This document shows, one piece after another, positions 39,562 through 52,257 of a DNA stretch of 64,000 nt. The stretch's first letter is position 1. Every line of letters starts with the position of its first letter. A program made the position numbers and the translations under genes. The DNA comes from Rhizophagus irregularis (lineage: Eukaryota), in the NCBI RefSeq assembly GCF_026210795.1, contig NC_089432.1:248001-312000 (forward strand), in the 5' to 3' direction. The notes under the pieces are model-generated. The model had not been told where the DNA came from. It was given only the letters and a program-made list of their open reading frames with translations, and did no database searches.

Positions 39562-40102
39562 TACGGAAAAAGCAGGAGAATAAAATTTATGTTAATTTTA
39601 TTCGTTTAAATTCCTTTTTATTTGTTTCACAGTTACGACAATTACGCAGATCAACTTCTGTACCACGTTCAAATGATTGGATGACAAAATGCCGTCATCA
39701 CTTCGAATATTCTCGTTTGAACCGCAGCAATAGCCTAACATATTTAAATGTAAATAACGTTAAACTGTAAATAATTCATTTTGGTTTCTCGCAGCTGTTA
39801 ACTTTCGAATTTCAAAATTGTACGATGCAAATTTAAATAAATTATTCGGCGTATAATATCGTATTGCGTTAATTAATTTGTCACAACATATAAATAACCT
39901 TTACAATTTTAAATAAATATCTACTATTTAAATCTTGGATCAAATAAAATTCAGCCTCACAGTCTCATTCCATGTAACAAATAATTTTTATTAATAAATT
40001 TAAACTTGACAAATCATAAAATAAAACTAAAAAATAGTAATAATACTTACTTATATGTCAGATATATATTTCCAAACGAAATTACCAAAAAATTGAAATT
40101 AT

Positions 40103-41164
40103 TTAATCCTTTAAAAATTCCTTTAATTTATTTTGAGCATCCTGGCATCCGTGATCAGCGGATTTTTTATACCAATAAATTGCTTGATCCACATTCTTTT
40201 TCGTTCCATCTCCACTTTCATACATTAAAGCGAGATTATATTGTGCCAACTCATTCCCTAAACTTGAAGCTTCTTTAAATAATCCAAATGCCTTTTGTTT
40301 ATTAACAACAGTTTCAATTCCGCCATCATGAAAACATCCTAGATTATTTAACCCGTATGAATTTCCTAAATTTGCTGCTATTTGGTATAGTTCAAATGCC
40401 TTTTTCTTATTAGAATTAGTTCCAATTCCACTATCATAACACCACCCTAAGTTATTTATTCCTTGTGAATTTCCTAAATCTGCTGCTTTTTGATATGATT
40501 CAAATGCTTTTTGTTCATTAGCATCAGTTCCAATCCCTTTTTCATAACAATATCCTAAAAGGTTTATTCCACTTGAATATTCTTTTTTTGCTAATGCTTT
40601 AGATAATTCAAAGGCCTTTTCATAGTTTTTATCAATACCTTCTCCATCTATATACATGTTAGCAAGTTCATATTTTGCTATATTACTCTCTAATTCTATC
40701 ATTTTATATAATTCAAATGCCTTTTGTCTATTAAGATTGGTTTCTATCTCATAATAATTAAAATATCCAAGTAAATAAATGGAGCTTGAACTATTTTGAT
40801 TATTTAAAAGCCAACTATAAATTTCTTGTGAGTTTGTCTTATAATTATTAATATAATTAAGAACATTTCGTCTTTTTGCTTTTTCTCCTTTTCCTTCATT
40901 TACTTCCTTAAAAATAAAATTTACTAATTCATCAATTATAATATTTAAATCTTCTTCAAATATATTTTCTTTAATATTATTAGTTGTGGGTTCTATTTCT
41001 TTTATATTCATTTTATCAAAATAATGAATAATTTGTGATAATTCTTCTTCATATAATAATAAATTATTATTATTTAAATTATCTAAATTTTTCTTTAGTT
41101 CTTGTTTATTTGATAATTGATTATAATTTTCATTTGTTTTATAATTTTCTTTTTTATCTTGCAT
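40103..41164 (-). CDS. Sel1-like repeat protein, 6 SLRs, kinase-less
   Basis: 353-aa intronless ORF with the family linker and SLRs. Confidence 0.92.
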   Translation of the reverse strand: MQDKKENYKTNENYNQLSNKQELKKNLDNLNNNNLLLYEEELSQIIHYFDKMNIKEIEPTTNNIKENIFEEDLNIIIDELVNFIFKEVNEGKGEKAKRRNVLNYINNYKTNSQEIYSWLLNNQNSSSSIYLLGYFNYYEIETNLNRQKAFELYKMIELESNIAKYELANMYIDGEGIDKNYEKAFELSKALAKKEYSSGINLLGYCYEKGIGTDANEQKAFESYQKAADLGNSQGINNLGWCYDSGIGTNSNKKKAFELYQIAANLGNSYGLNNLGCFHDGGIETVVNKQKAFGLFKEASSLGNELAQYNLALMYESGDGTKKNVDQAIYWYKKSADHGCQDAQNKLKEFLKD

Positions 41165-42212
41165 TTCGAAGATTTATTACGTCGATAAAAATAATAAATT
41201 TTAGGGGAAAGTAATTAAATTATGTATGTAATTTGTTTATCCATATTTATTTGAGTGTATGACAGGTAGCACCGCAGTAGCACAATTATTGCAATTTTTT
41301 GCAAATCATTTTTACACGAGCTTGTTTATAAACAGGTTACGCAAAGTTGTAAATCTCCGGTCGAATTAACCCAGCCCGAATATATAATGTAATTTAATTT
41401 TAATGTAACAGGTGATTATTAAATATTAACTATTTATCGTAACAAGGTAAGCCTGGAACGAAAAAATAATATTACACCCAGAAATGTATATGCATGTACT
41501 TAATAAATATCAAACCTATAAATTTTCTGTAAATAATTCCGTTCTTTTCGAAAAAATTCAGGCGGGATTAATTTTATCAAGATATTTTAAGATGTGGCGC
41601 GGCATTATAACCGGAAATTTCACGTGACAATAATCTAACTCCTAAAGTACTATAGTCTCGTTTTCCAATCATACAAAAAAAAAGCAAACATAAAGTTTAT
41701 GTAATTTGAAATTTTATACGAAGTTATCAAAAAAAAAAACCAAAAATTCAATAATAAGATCTCTGTGACTTTGAAATTATATCTTTTTATTTTCTAAATT
41801 CTGGAAAATTTTCCCACAAACCGTTCAAGTAGTCCTCTGACTCCTCTCACACAAAACTCTTTTACTAAACTCTGAATAATACGCTATTTATTAACTTGAA
41901 TATATTAAATAAACTGCGGTGACTCGAAACGTAGCAGGTAACAAAAATAAACATGATTTAAAACCAAATAGTTGTTAGAAGAATCATAACAAATCAAAAG
42001 GATATTTGTAGTTAAAAATATTCAAATTATCGGAAAAAATGAATATTGACATTATAACAAAAAATGGGACAAGATTTAATGATAATACACGTATTAAAAA
42101 TATTTTAATATATTAAAAATTGGAATCATAGTCGCAAATTCTTTGTTGTAAATTGATATACAATTTTTATCGTAAGCGTTACCTGAAAATCATTCCGGCT
42201 ACCATTTTTTCT

Positions 42213-42600
42213 GGGAGACGCTAGAGTTGTTGAGTATCTCTCCATTCTATCGTTGCTAGCCAAGAATTTGTTGCCATCTGATCACCAACGTCGAGGCGCA
42301 CCAGGGGGAGGGGAAAGGAGAGGACGAAAGAGGAAGGGAAAGGATAAGGGAAAGGGAAAGGAAAGAGCGAGGGAAAGGATGGGGGACGAGAGAGAGGGAA
42401 AGGAAGAGGAAAAGAGCGATGGAAAACAAACATACACATACCACCACCACACACATACCCAAAGGAAGAGGAAAGGGATCGAAGAGAAATCCTAATAGAG
42501 AGAGAAAAAAAGAAAAAAAAAGACCTAAAGAAAAAAGAGAAGAGAAGACACGAGACCAAAAAGAAAAAAGAGGTATTTATATTTTTTTTCGTAAATTTAC
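42213..42600 (+). repeat. GGGAGACG-starting probable transposon end followed by a purine-rich low-complexity tract
   Basis: GA-rich gggaaagga repeats at 42303-42560; overlapping ORFs are compositional artefacts. Confidence 0.5.
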
Positions 42601-42829
42601 ACAAAAGATGACCCATGATTATATAATAATGACCCGCCGAAGCTCCGAACTCACCCGATTACCTTTTTTTTTTGTGGTAAAGACGAACGGAAAATACAGA
42701 AAAAGTATCAAAATGACGTTAGATCATGGATGATCATGATCAATAAAAAATAGAATTCCGACCTAGTACAACCATTTCAAATTGTTTAAAAACCCCATTT
42801 TTTTATATGTTTAAATATCTAATTCAAGA

Positions 42830-43290
42830 TATCAGGTTCCTAACACAGAATTTAAAGAAATGGTTGTAAATAAATTTAATACGATCAGAATTCCAGGAAA
42901 AATTGCGCTTACAGTTGACATGTGGACGAGTAATTTGGCTCACAGTTTATTATATTGATCAAAAATAGAAGTTGCAGAATTTCTTACTAGATACTATCAT
43001 ATCCTTTACTAAACATCACACTGGAATTAATATTGCAACATTGTTTTAAATAATTTTAAAACTTTGGCCCTTACAAGTTACAACTGATAATGAATCGGCT
43101 ATGATCGTGTGTGTGGAAGAACGATTTGACAACAATTACATTAATTACTCAACTTGACTCTCAAATTTTTAAACACTACCGTTGTACTGTCCATATTCTT
43201 AATCTTGCTGCACAACAAGGACTTGAAATTATAGACCAGAATTGGATTGTAAGACGAGATGGAATTCAATTTTCTAGACCATTTTTTAAT
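42830..43290 (+). mobile_element. Degenerate hAT transposase catalytic core
   Basis: IPGKIALTVDMWTS..HTGINIA..VTTDNESAM..HYRCTVHILNLAAQQGL..DCKTRWNS, with frameshifts and deletions. Confidence 0.85.
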
Positions 43291-43524
43291 TGTAATTGAT
43301 AAAATTTTTAATATGATGTTAAAAGATTAACATTGGTGATAATGAATTTTATTGATAAATGCTAACAAATGAGAATAAAAATATAAATAAACTTTATTAT
43401 AAAAATTGGCATACTTGTATTAATAATTTTATTGTAAGAATTGTAAAAGTACATAATAAATATATTTATTGTTTAATATATAATTGGTAAAATAATCCAA
43501 CAAATAAAATAAATAGTAGAATGA

Positions 43525-44200
43525 TTAATCTACAATTATACAATCAAGACCCTGAGTCTCTTCTTGAATTAAAATTTCAGTAAGTTTGTGACTTGTATAA
43601 TATGCTTGTGAATGAGATTGTACAATAGGAACGATTGCCTGTTCTTGCATTAAAGCTTTGTCTACTTCTACAAATTCAAGTATATCGCTTTTTAATTGAT
43701 CATCAATATTAGGTACTTTATATAAATATTTCCCATTCCTGTTTATTTTATAAAATTTATCAATGTATCTAATCCATTCAGATATAATATTTTCAAGCAT
43801 TATTATGGTTGGTCTATTGGAAAGATTTAAATTCCAACATTTTTCATTAAAACTACATAATATTTTGGTGTATTTTTTATAATATCAGGACGTTTTCTTT
43901 TACAAATATTCAATCTAAGGTGATGATCATGTGCTTTCTTGTTTAAATGAAGCAATTCCCACATTATCATTGAATATAAATATCACTTGCTAGAATATAG
44001 GGTTTTTTTCTCAATATTTCAGGCGCCATATAAGGTAAAACTCCGAAATTTTATCAACTTTATTACTAGAGTCCTGTAAATCACTTATGGGTTTACATAA
44101 TCAATAATAAATAACTCATTGTATACCATCATGAAAATAACCATAAGTTAAATTTGATTCATGAATTACTTTAAGTCCCAATACAATTTTTTTCAATAAT
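43525..44200 (-). pseudogene. Protein kinase pseudogene (C-lobe and tail)
   Basis: Frameshifted GVLPYMAPEILRK..ASD..ICKRKRPDIIKNTPK..LMKKCWNLNLSNRPT..SHSQAYYTSHKL. Confidence 0.8.
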
Positions 44201-45298
44201 TGTAACTTGACTTGTTTTTTAAATTTAATTATAGCTTAAATTCAAAATAGTATAAATGTTCAAGATTGAAATTAATTAATATTATCGTCATATTCTAATT
44301 GTATAATAATACTCAGTTAATATAATTACTTATTAGTATGAAATAATTAGCCCAACCATTTTGGACTTTAATTACTCATGTCAGTCATATGAATAAAAAG
44401 TTACTCACGAGAAAAAATTACATAATCTTGGTGTGGTTTCGTCATGAATGATTTCTTTATCTTCTTTTTTTCGTCTTTTTTTTTATCATCATCTTTTTTT
44501 TAAGTCTATCTTCTCTCTGTCTAGGTTTTCTCTTTATTAGGACTTTTCTTGGGTCCCTTTTCTTTACGTCTGATAAAGTCTTGTCTTATTTTTAAAGTCA
44601 AATTTGCATTTTATTATTGATATTAATATTTTCTTCATTATTCTTGCAATTTTAAATCAATCGTTAATTTTCATTAAATTCATTACTGATTAAAAATAAA
44701 ATTACACAACTTTTGTTATTTAATATTACGTATAATTTTCCAGAATCAATAATATAACCATAATGAACACTTATTTTCTCTTATTAAACAATAATTTACA
44801 TACTATTATTGTTATGAAAATAATGCTATAAATAATTTATATAATCATTACAATTAAAAAATTTTCCCGTTTATATTTCCTGTACTATGAAATGAATTCT
44901 ACTGGGAAATACCCCTTACATTATATATTAATTATAGCTGCGGAAATAAGAATTTGACTGGACTAAATAGGTTATTATATTTTTTTTATTCTTTTTTTCA
45001 ATAGACAAACCAATGGAAATTACAATCTGAAATAAATTATTACACATTTGTTTAACATAATTAAGATATCAATTAAAAATATTTAGCAAAAAAATATAAG
45101 TTAAATTTTTATTGTAAAACTAGCTGATTATCAGCAATATTAAGAATATGACGTATGCTATAAAATCGATAGAATTGCTTAAACTATAAATAGTGTAATC
45201 ATCACACCAAACTATACATATCCAGCTATAAAATTAATTATTAAAAAATATAATAAAGTATTTATTCATACTCTTAAAATTAATTTTGTATAAATAAT

Positions 45299-46240
45299 TT
45301 ATTTATTTTTGAAGAACTTTAATTTATTTTGAGCATCCGGATCTCCTTGCTCCGCTGATTTTTCATACCAATAAATTGCTTCATTCATATCATTTTCAGT
45401 TCCATCACCGTTTTCATACATTAAAGCAAGGTTATATTGAGCAAAATCATTTCCTAATTTTGCTGCCTTTTTATACAATTCAAATGCCTTTTGCATATTA
45501 ACTTCAGTTCCAATTCCATTATTATAACAACATCCTAAATTATTTATTCCACTAGAACTTCCTAAATCTGCTCCCTTTTGATACAACTCAATTGCTTTTT
45601 GTTCATTAATATCTGTTCCGATCCCTTTTTCATAACAATATCCTAACAGAACTATTGCACAGGGACATTCTTTTTTTGCTAATTTGTTAATGATTTTAAA
45701 AGCTTTGTCATAATCTAAACCAGTACCCTCTCCATCAATATACATATTAGCCAGTTCAAATTGAGCTACATCATTTTCTAGTTCTGCTGCTTTTTGATAT
45801 AATTCAAATGCTTTTTGCATATCAATGTTAATTTCAATTCCATTATAATTAAAATATCCGAGTAAATAAACTGAATTAGAATTATTTTGATTATTAATAA
45901 GCCAGTTGTAAATTTCTTGTGAATTTGTCTTATAATTATTAATACAATTAAAAACTTGCTTCTTCCTTACTACTCTTTCTTTTCCTTCATTTATCTTCTT
46001 AAAATTAAGATTAACTAATTCATCAATTACAACACTTAAATCCTCTTCATATATATTTCCATTAATATTTTGAGTTGTGGGTTCTACTTCTTTTATATTC
46101 ATTTTGTTAAAATAGTGAATTACTTGAGGTAATCCTTCATGTAATAAATTATTATCTATGTTGTCTGAAGCAAGTTTCCATTTATTTAATAATTGGGGAT
46201 GATTATCATCTATTTTATAATATTCGCTATTAACTTGCAT
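45299..46240 (-). CDS. Sel1-like repeat protein, 5 SLRs, kinase-less
   Basis: 313-aa intronless ORF with the family linker and SLRs. Confidence 0.92.
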   Translation of the reverse strand: MQVNSEYYKIDDNHPQLLNKWKLASDNIDNNLLHEGLPQVIHYFNKMNIKEVEPTTQNINGNIYEEDLSVVIDELVNLNFKKINEGKERVVRKKQVFNCINNYKTNSQEIYNWLINNQNNSNSVYLLGYFNYNGIEINIDMQKAFELYQKAAELENDVAQFELANMYIDGEGTGLDYDKAFKIINKLAKKECPCAIVLLGYCYEKGIGTDINEQKAIELYQKGADLGSSSGINNLGCCYNNGIGTEVNMQKAFELYKKAAKLGNDFAQYNLALMYENGDGTENDMNEAIYWYEKSAEQGDPDAQNKLKFFKNK

Positions 46241-47015
46241 TTCAGTTTCATGAAATAAACTACATGAAACAAAAAAAAACCCCCCTCTCGATCACAACAT
46301 ATTTATTTAAATGTACGAAAGTAGCACAAGTTACCGACATACTGTAGATCAATTTCATTGAGCGCGTCACAGTCGTCACACTCGTCACAGTAAATGTGAA
46401 TGGTTACACAAAGTTATTGAAGATAGTAACTGTTAGGCGATAAATGGGCTATACTAACCAGGTTCCCATTGGATCCGACGTGGAATTATAATGACGGCAG
46501 AAGACATGGGTCCGGATGATTACAAATGATTACAAATCAAAAAATTCTAGATGTTGATCAATTGGGCCCGGTTCACTAGCCAGAATCGATGGAAGTAGGA
46601 GCGAAACCGATAAATGGTCATAATTATATATCGTAAATAGATTTGTTTAATAAATTATAAAAAAAAAAAATTTCCCAATTGCTTTGTTAAGTTGACTTGT
46701 TGACCCTTTACCTTCTTACGATCACAATATCATTCCATATATGGCTTTACGTGGTTTTTGCAAGTGTTTTCACGAATACATGGTATTGACCCCTGTTTTA
46801 AATTGTAATAATATCATGTAATAATCATAATTGCTGGATAGGATATAAAAGTAAGAATTATTAAATTACAAACTAAGAAATTTGTAAAGTATTATATTAC
46901 TCTAGTCTTAGGTAAATAATTTATAACTTAACAATTAAAATGTATTATTTAGTTAGATTAATTTATATGCGAATATTATATAAATATGTTAGTAATAGAA
47001 TTTTAAATAACTTAC

Positions 47016-47523
47016 TCCCTATATTATTAAATAAATTTTAAATAAATAATGTGGTTAATTTAAATTGCATATTTATTTAAAAAGATAAATAAAAAGTCTA
47101 TCAACATTGGACAAAAAGTTTATTTCACAGCCACTGACTGTGGAATATCATGATTTTCACGGCTGCGTGAAATAATTATTACAGTGCATTATCACAGTCG
47201 GATAATTAAAAGTGGCGAAGAATAAATTGCATTCTTCGTATTGAACTTAATTTACAGTATTAAAAAAAAACACTTTTAGGATGATAAAACTTTAAGATAA
47301 AGTGTATATGGTATTTGAAATAAGTACTATTATCTGCAACACTGCCTATGGGTATTCTATAAATACCTTATATAAAAATTTGGTAGTATCTTATTGGATA
47401 TTGGTAGTGGTATAATGTAAGCTTAGGAAATAATTTCCCAGGATTAATAGGAGAGTTATGATACAATAATTTAAATTTACTATATTTTATTATACCCGGG
47501 TTTTACAACATGGGTATTACTAA
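47016..47523 (+). mobile_element. Possible non-autonomous Helitron
   Basis: 5' tccctatattattaa; 3' imperfect hairpin acccgggttttacaacatgggt followed by attactaat (CTRR-like end). Confidence 0.35.
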
Positions 47524-47564
47524 TTTAAGGGGGAAGTATTATACGGATATATGTGTAATAATAA

Positions 47565-49790
47565 CTAAAAATCAGAATCAAACCAATAATTAATTTCTTT
47601 AAGAGTTTTTAATTTTTTTTGAGCATCTGGATCTCCTTGTGCAGCTGATTTTTCATACCAATAAATTGCTTTTTCCACATTTTTTTCTATTCCATCTCCA
47701 TTTTCGTACATCAAAGCAAGGTTATATTGAGCAAAATCATTCCCTAATTTTGCTGCCTTTTGATATAATTTAAAGGCCATTTCTTTATCAGCATCAACTA
47801 TAATTCCATTCTTATAACAACACCCTAAATTATTCATTCCACTTGCATTTCCTAAATCTGCAGCCTTTTGATATAATTCAAATGCCATTTGTTTATCATC
47901 TACTACAATTCCATTTTCATAACAACACCCTAAATTATTTATTCCATTAGAATTTCCTAAATCTGCTGCTCTCTGATATAATTCAAAGGCTTTTAATTCA
48001 TCAATATTAGTTCCAATTCCACCATCATAACAATATCCTAACATATTTACTCCAGCTGAATAATCTTTTTTTGTCAATTTTTTTGCTAATTCAAATGCTA
48101 TGTTATAATTTTTTTCAGCATCTTTTCCATATATATAAATATAGGCAAGATCAAATTGAGCTACACTATTTTCTAACTCTACTGCTTTTTGATATAATTT
48201 AATAGCCCTTCGTTTATTAACAATAGTTTCAATTCCATGATAACTGAAATATCCAAGTAAATAAATAGAATTTGAATTATTTTGATTATTTAAAAGCCAG
48301 TTATAAATTTCTCGTGAATTCGTCTTAGAGTTATTAATATAATCAAAAAGCTGTTTCTTTCTTACTATTAATTCTTTTCCTTCATTTACTCCATCAAAAA
48401 TAAGCTGAACCAATTCATCAACCAAATTACTTAAATCTTCTTCAAATATATTTTCATTGATATCTTGTATTGAAGGTTCTATTTCTAATATATCAATTTT
48501 ATTAAAATTTTGAATGATTTGAATGATTTGAGGTGTTTCTTCATGTAATGGGTTTGATATAATATTTTTCAATTTGAAAATTACTTGACTCATCGTAGGT
48601 CTATTATCTGGATCACTGTCCCAGCATTCTAAGAATGTAATAAGATTTAAAAATTAAAATGATATATGATTAAAATGGACGGAATCAAAAATTTTATATT
48701 TACCAGTATATATATTAAAATAATCAGTAGGTGTATCCGGAACAACTGTTTCTCTATAACCTAATAAAATTTGCGTAATTAAATTATTATCATATAATTT
48801 ATCATTAAATGGCGGTCGTCCACTTGATATCTCCCATAAAAGTACTCCAATGCTGTAAACATCACTCTTTTCATTTAATGAGTATGATTGTATTAAAAAC
48901 TTATTTGGATCAATATAAGGAACCATACAAATTAAGTCAGATTCTCGTTTAGATGCCTTTTCGATCCTTTTCGATAACCCCAAATCAGCTAATTTGATGG
49001 TATTTTGGTGAATCAATATATTACCGGAATGCTATTTATAATTTATATAAAATATCATATATAAATAAATCTTAAAATTATTTGAAATCATGAAAAATTG
49101 AATTAATTAAATTAATAAATTTACCAAATCCTGATGTACGATTCCCTTATCGTGTAAACATGATACAACAAATGTTAATTGAAATGATAATTTATATTTA
49201 TCTTCCCAAATAAGTTTCTTATAGTTTTTTTTCAAATAATTTTGGAGTGAATCATCATCAGCATACTCCATTACCAATAAATATTTCAATTGTCCATTTT
49301 TGCTTTCTAATTTAAAATTACAAAATATTGATTAAAAACTTATTATAAAAGTAATTTAAAATATTTAGAAAAGATTTTAAACATTCTATAGTACAGTACA
49401 TACCTTTATTTGTAATTCCATACAAACGAATAATATTATTATGAAAGCCAATTTCATTTTGAAGTTCAAACTAAATTTTAAATAATAATATAAATGTTCA
49501 ATTAAACCAGTTATTTAAATTAATAAAAAGAAAAAATCATATTTTATCATTACCTCACGTATAATTTCCTTTACGATGGCATTGTCAAAATTATAGAAAG
49601 ATTTTAATATCATATATTGTTCCGAATTTTTCCATTTTGCACGATAAACTTTCCCAAAATTGCCATTACCAATTTTTTCAATATTGTGAAATTGAATATA
49701 TTCGTAATATTTTATATGCTTTTTAGAAATAACTTCTTTAATCCATTCTTTTGAATTATTGGCAACTTGAATTTCATTATCATCGAACAT
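47565..49790 (-). CDS. Protein kinase-Sel1-like repeat fusion, 5 exons, about 625 aa, 6 SLRs
   Basis: Exons 49790-49554, 49470-49404, 49306-49125, 49031-48704 and 48628-47565 join in frame (1878 nt). GNGNFGKVY, MILKS, VHQDLHSGN, LADLGLS, DVYSIGVLLWE, CWDSDPDNRP, then linker and SLRs. Confidence 0.9.
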
Positions 49791-50454
49791 TGTGATGTAT
49801 TAAATTGAACGATTAATTAATAATCTTAGAATTTATACAAAAAATAATTGAAAGAAATGAATATGAAAGGGATTTAAAGCAAAACCGTTTATTGGTATTA
49901 TAAGTAGCAAGAAAATAAATGTAAAAATAGCACAACATGTTTATTTACGTACGGTAGGTAGTACTACTACGGTTACCGCAGATCAATTTCTGCAGCTGAA
50001 TGTAAATCATTTTTTCATTTGCTACTATTGGCAGATTAATAAATAAAAACATATATGTAAAGCAATAATTGAATAGTTAAATTAAGATTAAGAAATTTAA
50101 TTACGTAATTCAAATTGAATTCATCTATATGATTGATTTAATAGTAGTGTAATTATCAAAATTTGTGTTGAAATTGCATTCTATGTCAAGTTTTTTACAT
50201 AATTAATACATTCAGTATGGAGTATTCGTATATTTTAGTATAAATTATTATTTCTCCTGAAAATATATTATAGAAAGGAAGTAATAAGAACCGTGCATAA
50301 TCTTCGCAAAAAATTTCTTTCATACTTTTAGAATCGGAAAGAACGGTTGAAAATAAATTGAAAGTTATTAAATCCTATGCAAAATTTCATCAATTTTAAA
50401 TACAATATAATTTTTTTAGTAAAATTATAAAGAGTAAGTAGTTTCTAATTATTA

Positions 50455-50616
50455 ACTAGAAAACGGAAACCGTTGTAAGTCCGGAGCGAAAAAAAAAGAT
50501 AAAACTCAGATTTGCGATTTCATTGGATGACTTCACGTGAGGGACAGGAAACTCACGTGATTGATCATTTTTCATATTGCGTAGACATAGTCCTTCGCTT
50601 CTCTCCGGACAATTAT
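50455..50616 (-). mobile_element. Helentron-associated HINE-like element, copy 2
   Basis: Minus strand: attgtccggagagaagcgaaggac ... ctccggac-ttac-aacgg-ttt-ccgtt-tt-ctagt. Confidence 0.65.
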
Positions 50617-52257
50617 TAATTATAGTCTGAACTTAATATAATGAGCCCTCATGTTAGGCAATTTTGGATCGTTGTGTCGGAATGCTCGACAAATCAAATG
50701 TTTTATAATATATAATAGGAAGTATTAATTCGGTATAACAAAATTTGTTTAAAGACACACGATTTAAAGCCAGTTTAAAATATATAATGAATTGTATTTT
50801 AGTTAATACATTTTTATAGATTTTGGTTATCAGATGATGCGCTGCTCCGCATAATGCTGGCCGAAATGAGCTAATTCCGGCCAGAATTAAGTGTATCAGC
50901 TTATCGCGAAAAATGCATACGTATTTGCGCATGGGACCTTCACCAGAAAGTAAAAGAACAATATCCCGTGTAGGAGCTGAATAACATAAGCGCCTAGTTA
51001 AGTATCCCTATTTAGTTGTGTATCCTGAATGGAGCAAGAAACCTCTTGTTTTCGGAGCTTACTGTTCAAGGTGAAGCGGTCGCGTTTCGTGATTTTACTT
51101 TTGTAGATAATACAATTAGCTTATTTTTTATTTTATGTAACTAATGATTCGTTGATTTATAAAAACAAAAAGTAAAATAAATTAGTTTATAATGGTAAAT
51201 TAATTATAGACGGTTTTTTTCGATAAAAAAGGAGAGCAAATCTTGTGTCAAGTTCTCGACCGTACCTAATGTTTTTTTAAGTAATATTCATTTTTAATTA
51301 TTCAGCAGATATAATCGTTTCGCAAATCATTTTTATTTTCGTATAGATCAAAATTTTATTTATTAAGCCATTATGATCAAGAAAATTGAATCGATGATTT
51401 TTTTCTAGAATTTAAAGAAGACTATAAACAAAAAAAAAACCGTCCAAACCAGATCGAAACATTAAAGAAGGGAAAGAAACCTTTTTTTTTTAAAGAAAAA
51501 GAACATAATAAACCGCTTTTTTTAGAGAAAAAGAAACATAATAACAAAAAAAAACTCAATACATACTACTGCATCAAAAATTGAGAAAAGGAACTCTTAA
51601 ATGAAGTTAAGCAACTTAACAATATTTTCGGCATTCTTTTCTTTATGTTAAGCATTTTCTGATCAATATATACTATGTTAAAATAGCCTTTATAAACGAA
51701 CAATTTATCGCATTTGACTTATTTTTTTGTTTAAAGATTTTATATCTCAAGTTCGAAAAGAATTTTATTCACGTTATTTATTATTAGTGAATTATTTGAA
51801 TCTGAAGAATGCATTCTAATTAGGCATCCAATATCTTAATTACGGCTCAAATATGTTGGTTACAGTTTATATTAATTGGTTAACTTTTTAATTGGTCCCA
51901 TTTCTAGTAAATCTTTTATTCGAAATATTTGAAATATTGACTGCATATCATATTTTTAAACATGTATGGAAATTTTTAATCATTTTCTTCCAGTACTTCT
52001 ATATAATATTCAATAGCAAATTCCTAATCTCTGGCCAATCTCCAATGTGGATAAAGTCATATATATGATTATTAAAGATACTACATCGAATACAAATTTG
52101 TAATGCAAGACTAATAGTATTTTCTATATAAATATATATAAGATAAATGTATAATAAAAAAAATACAAAATCATCTAAAATAACTTGCACAATAAAGGTA
52201 TACTGTAAATATGTAAAGTAAAATTTTACAATCTAATATATTTTAGTAAATATATAA

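Noticed and set aside
42221..42733. Four overlapping ORFs
   Set aside because: Products of a purine-rich low-complexity tract lacking stop codons.
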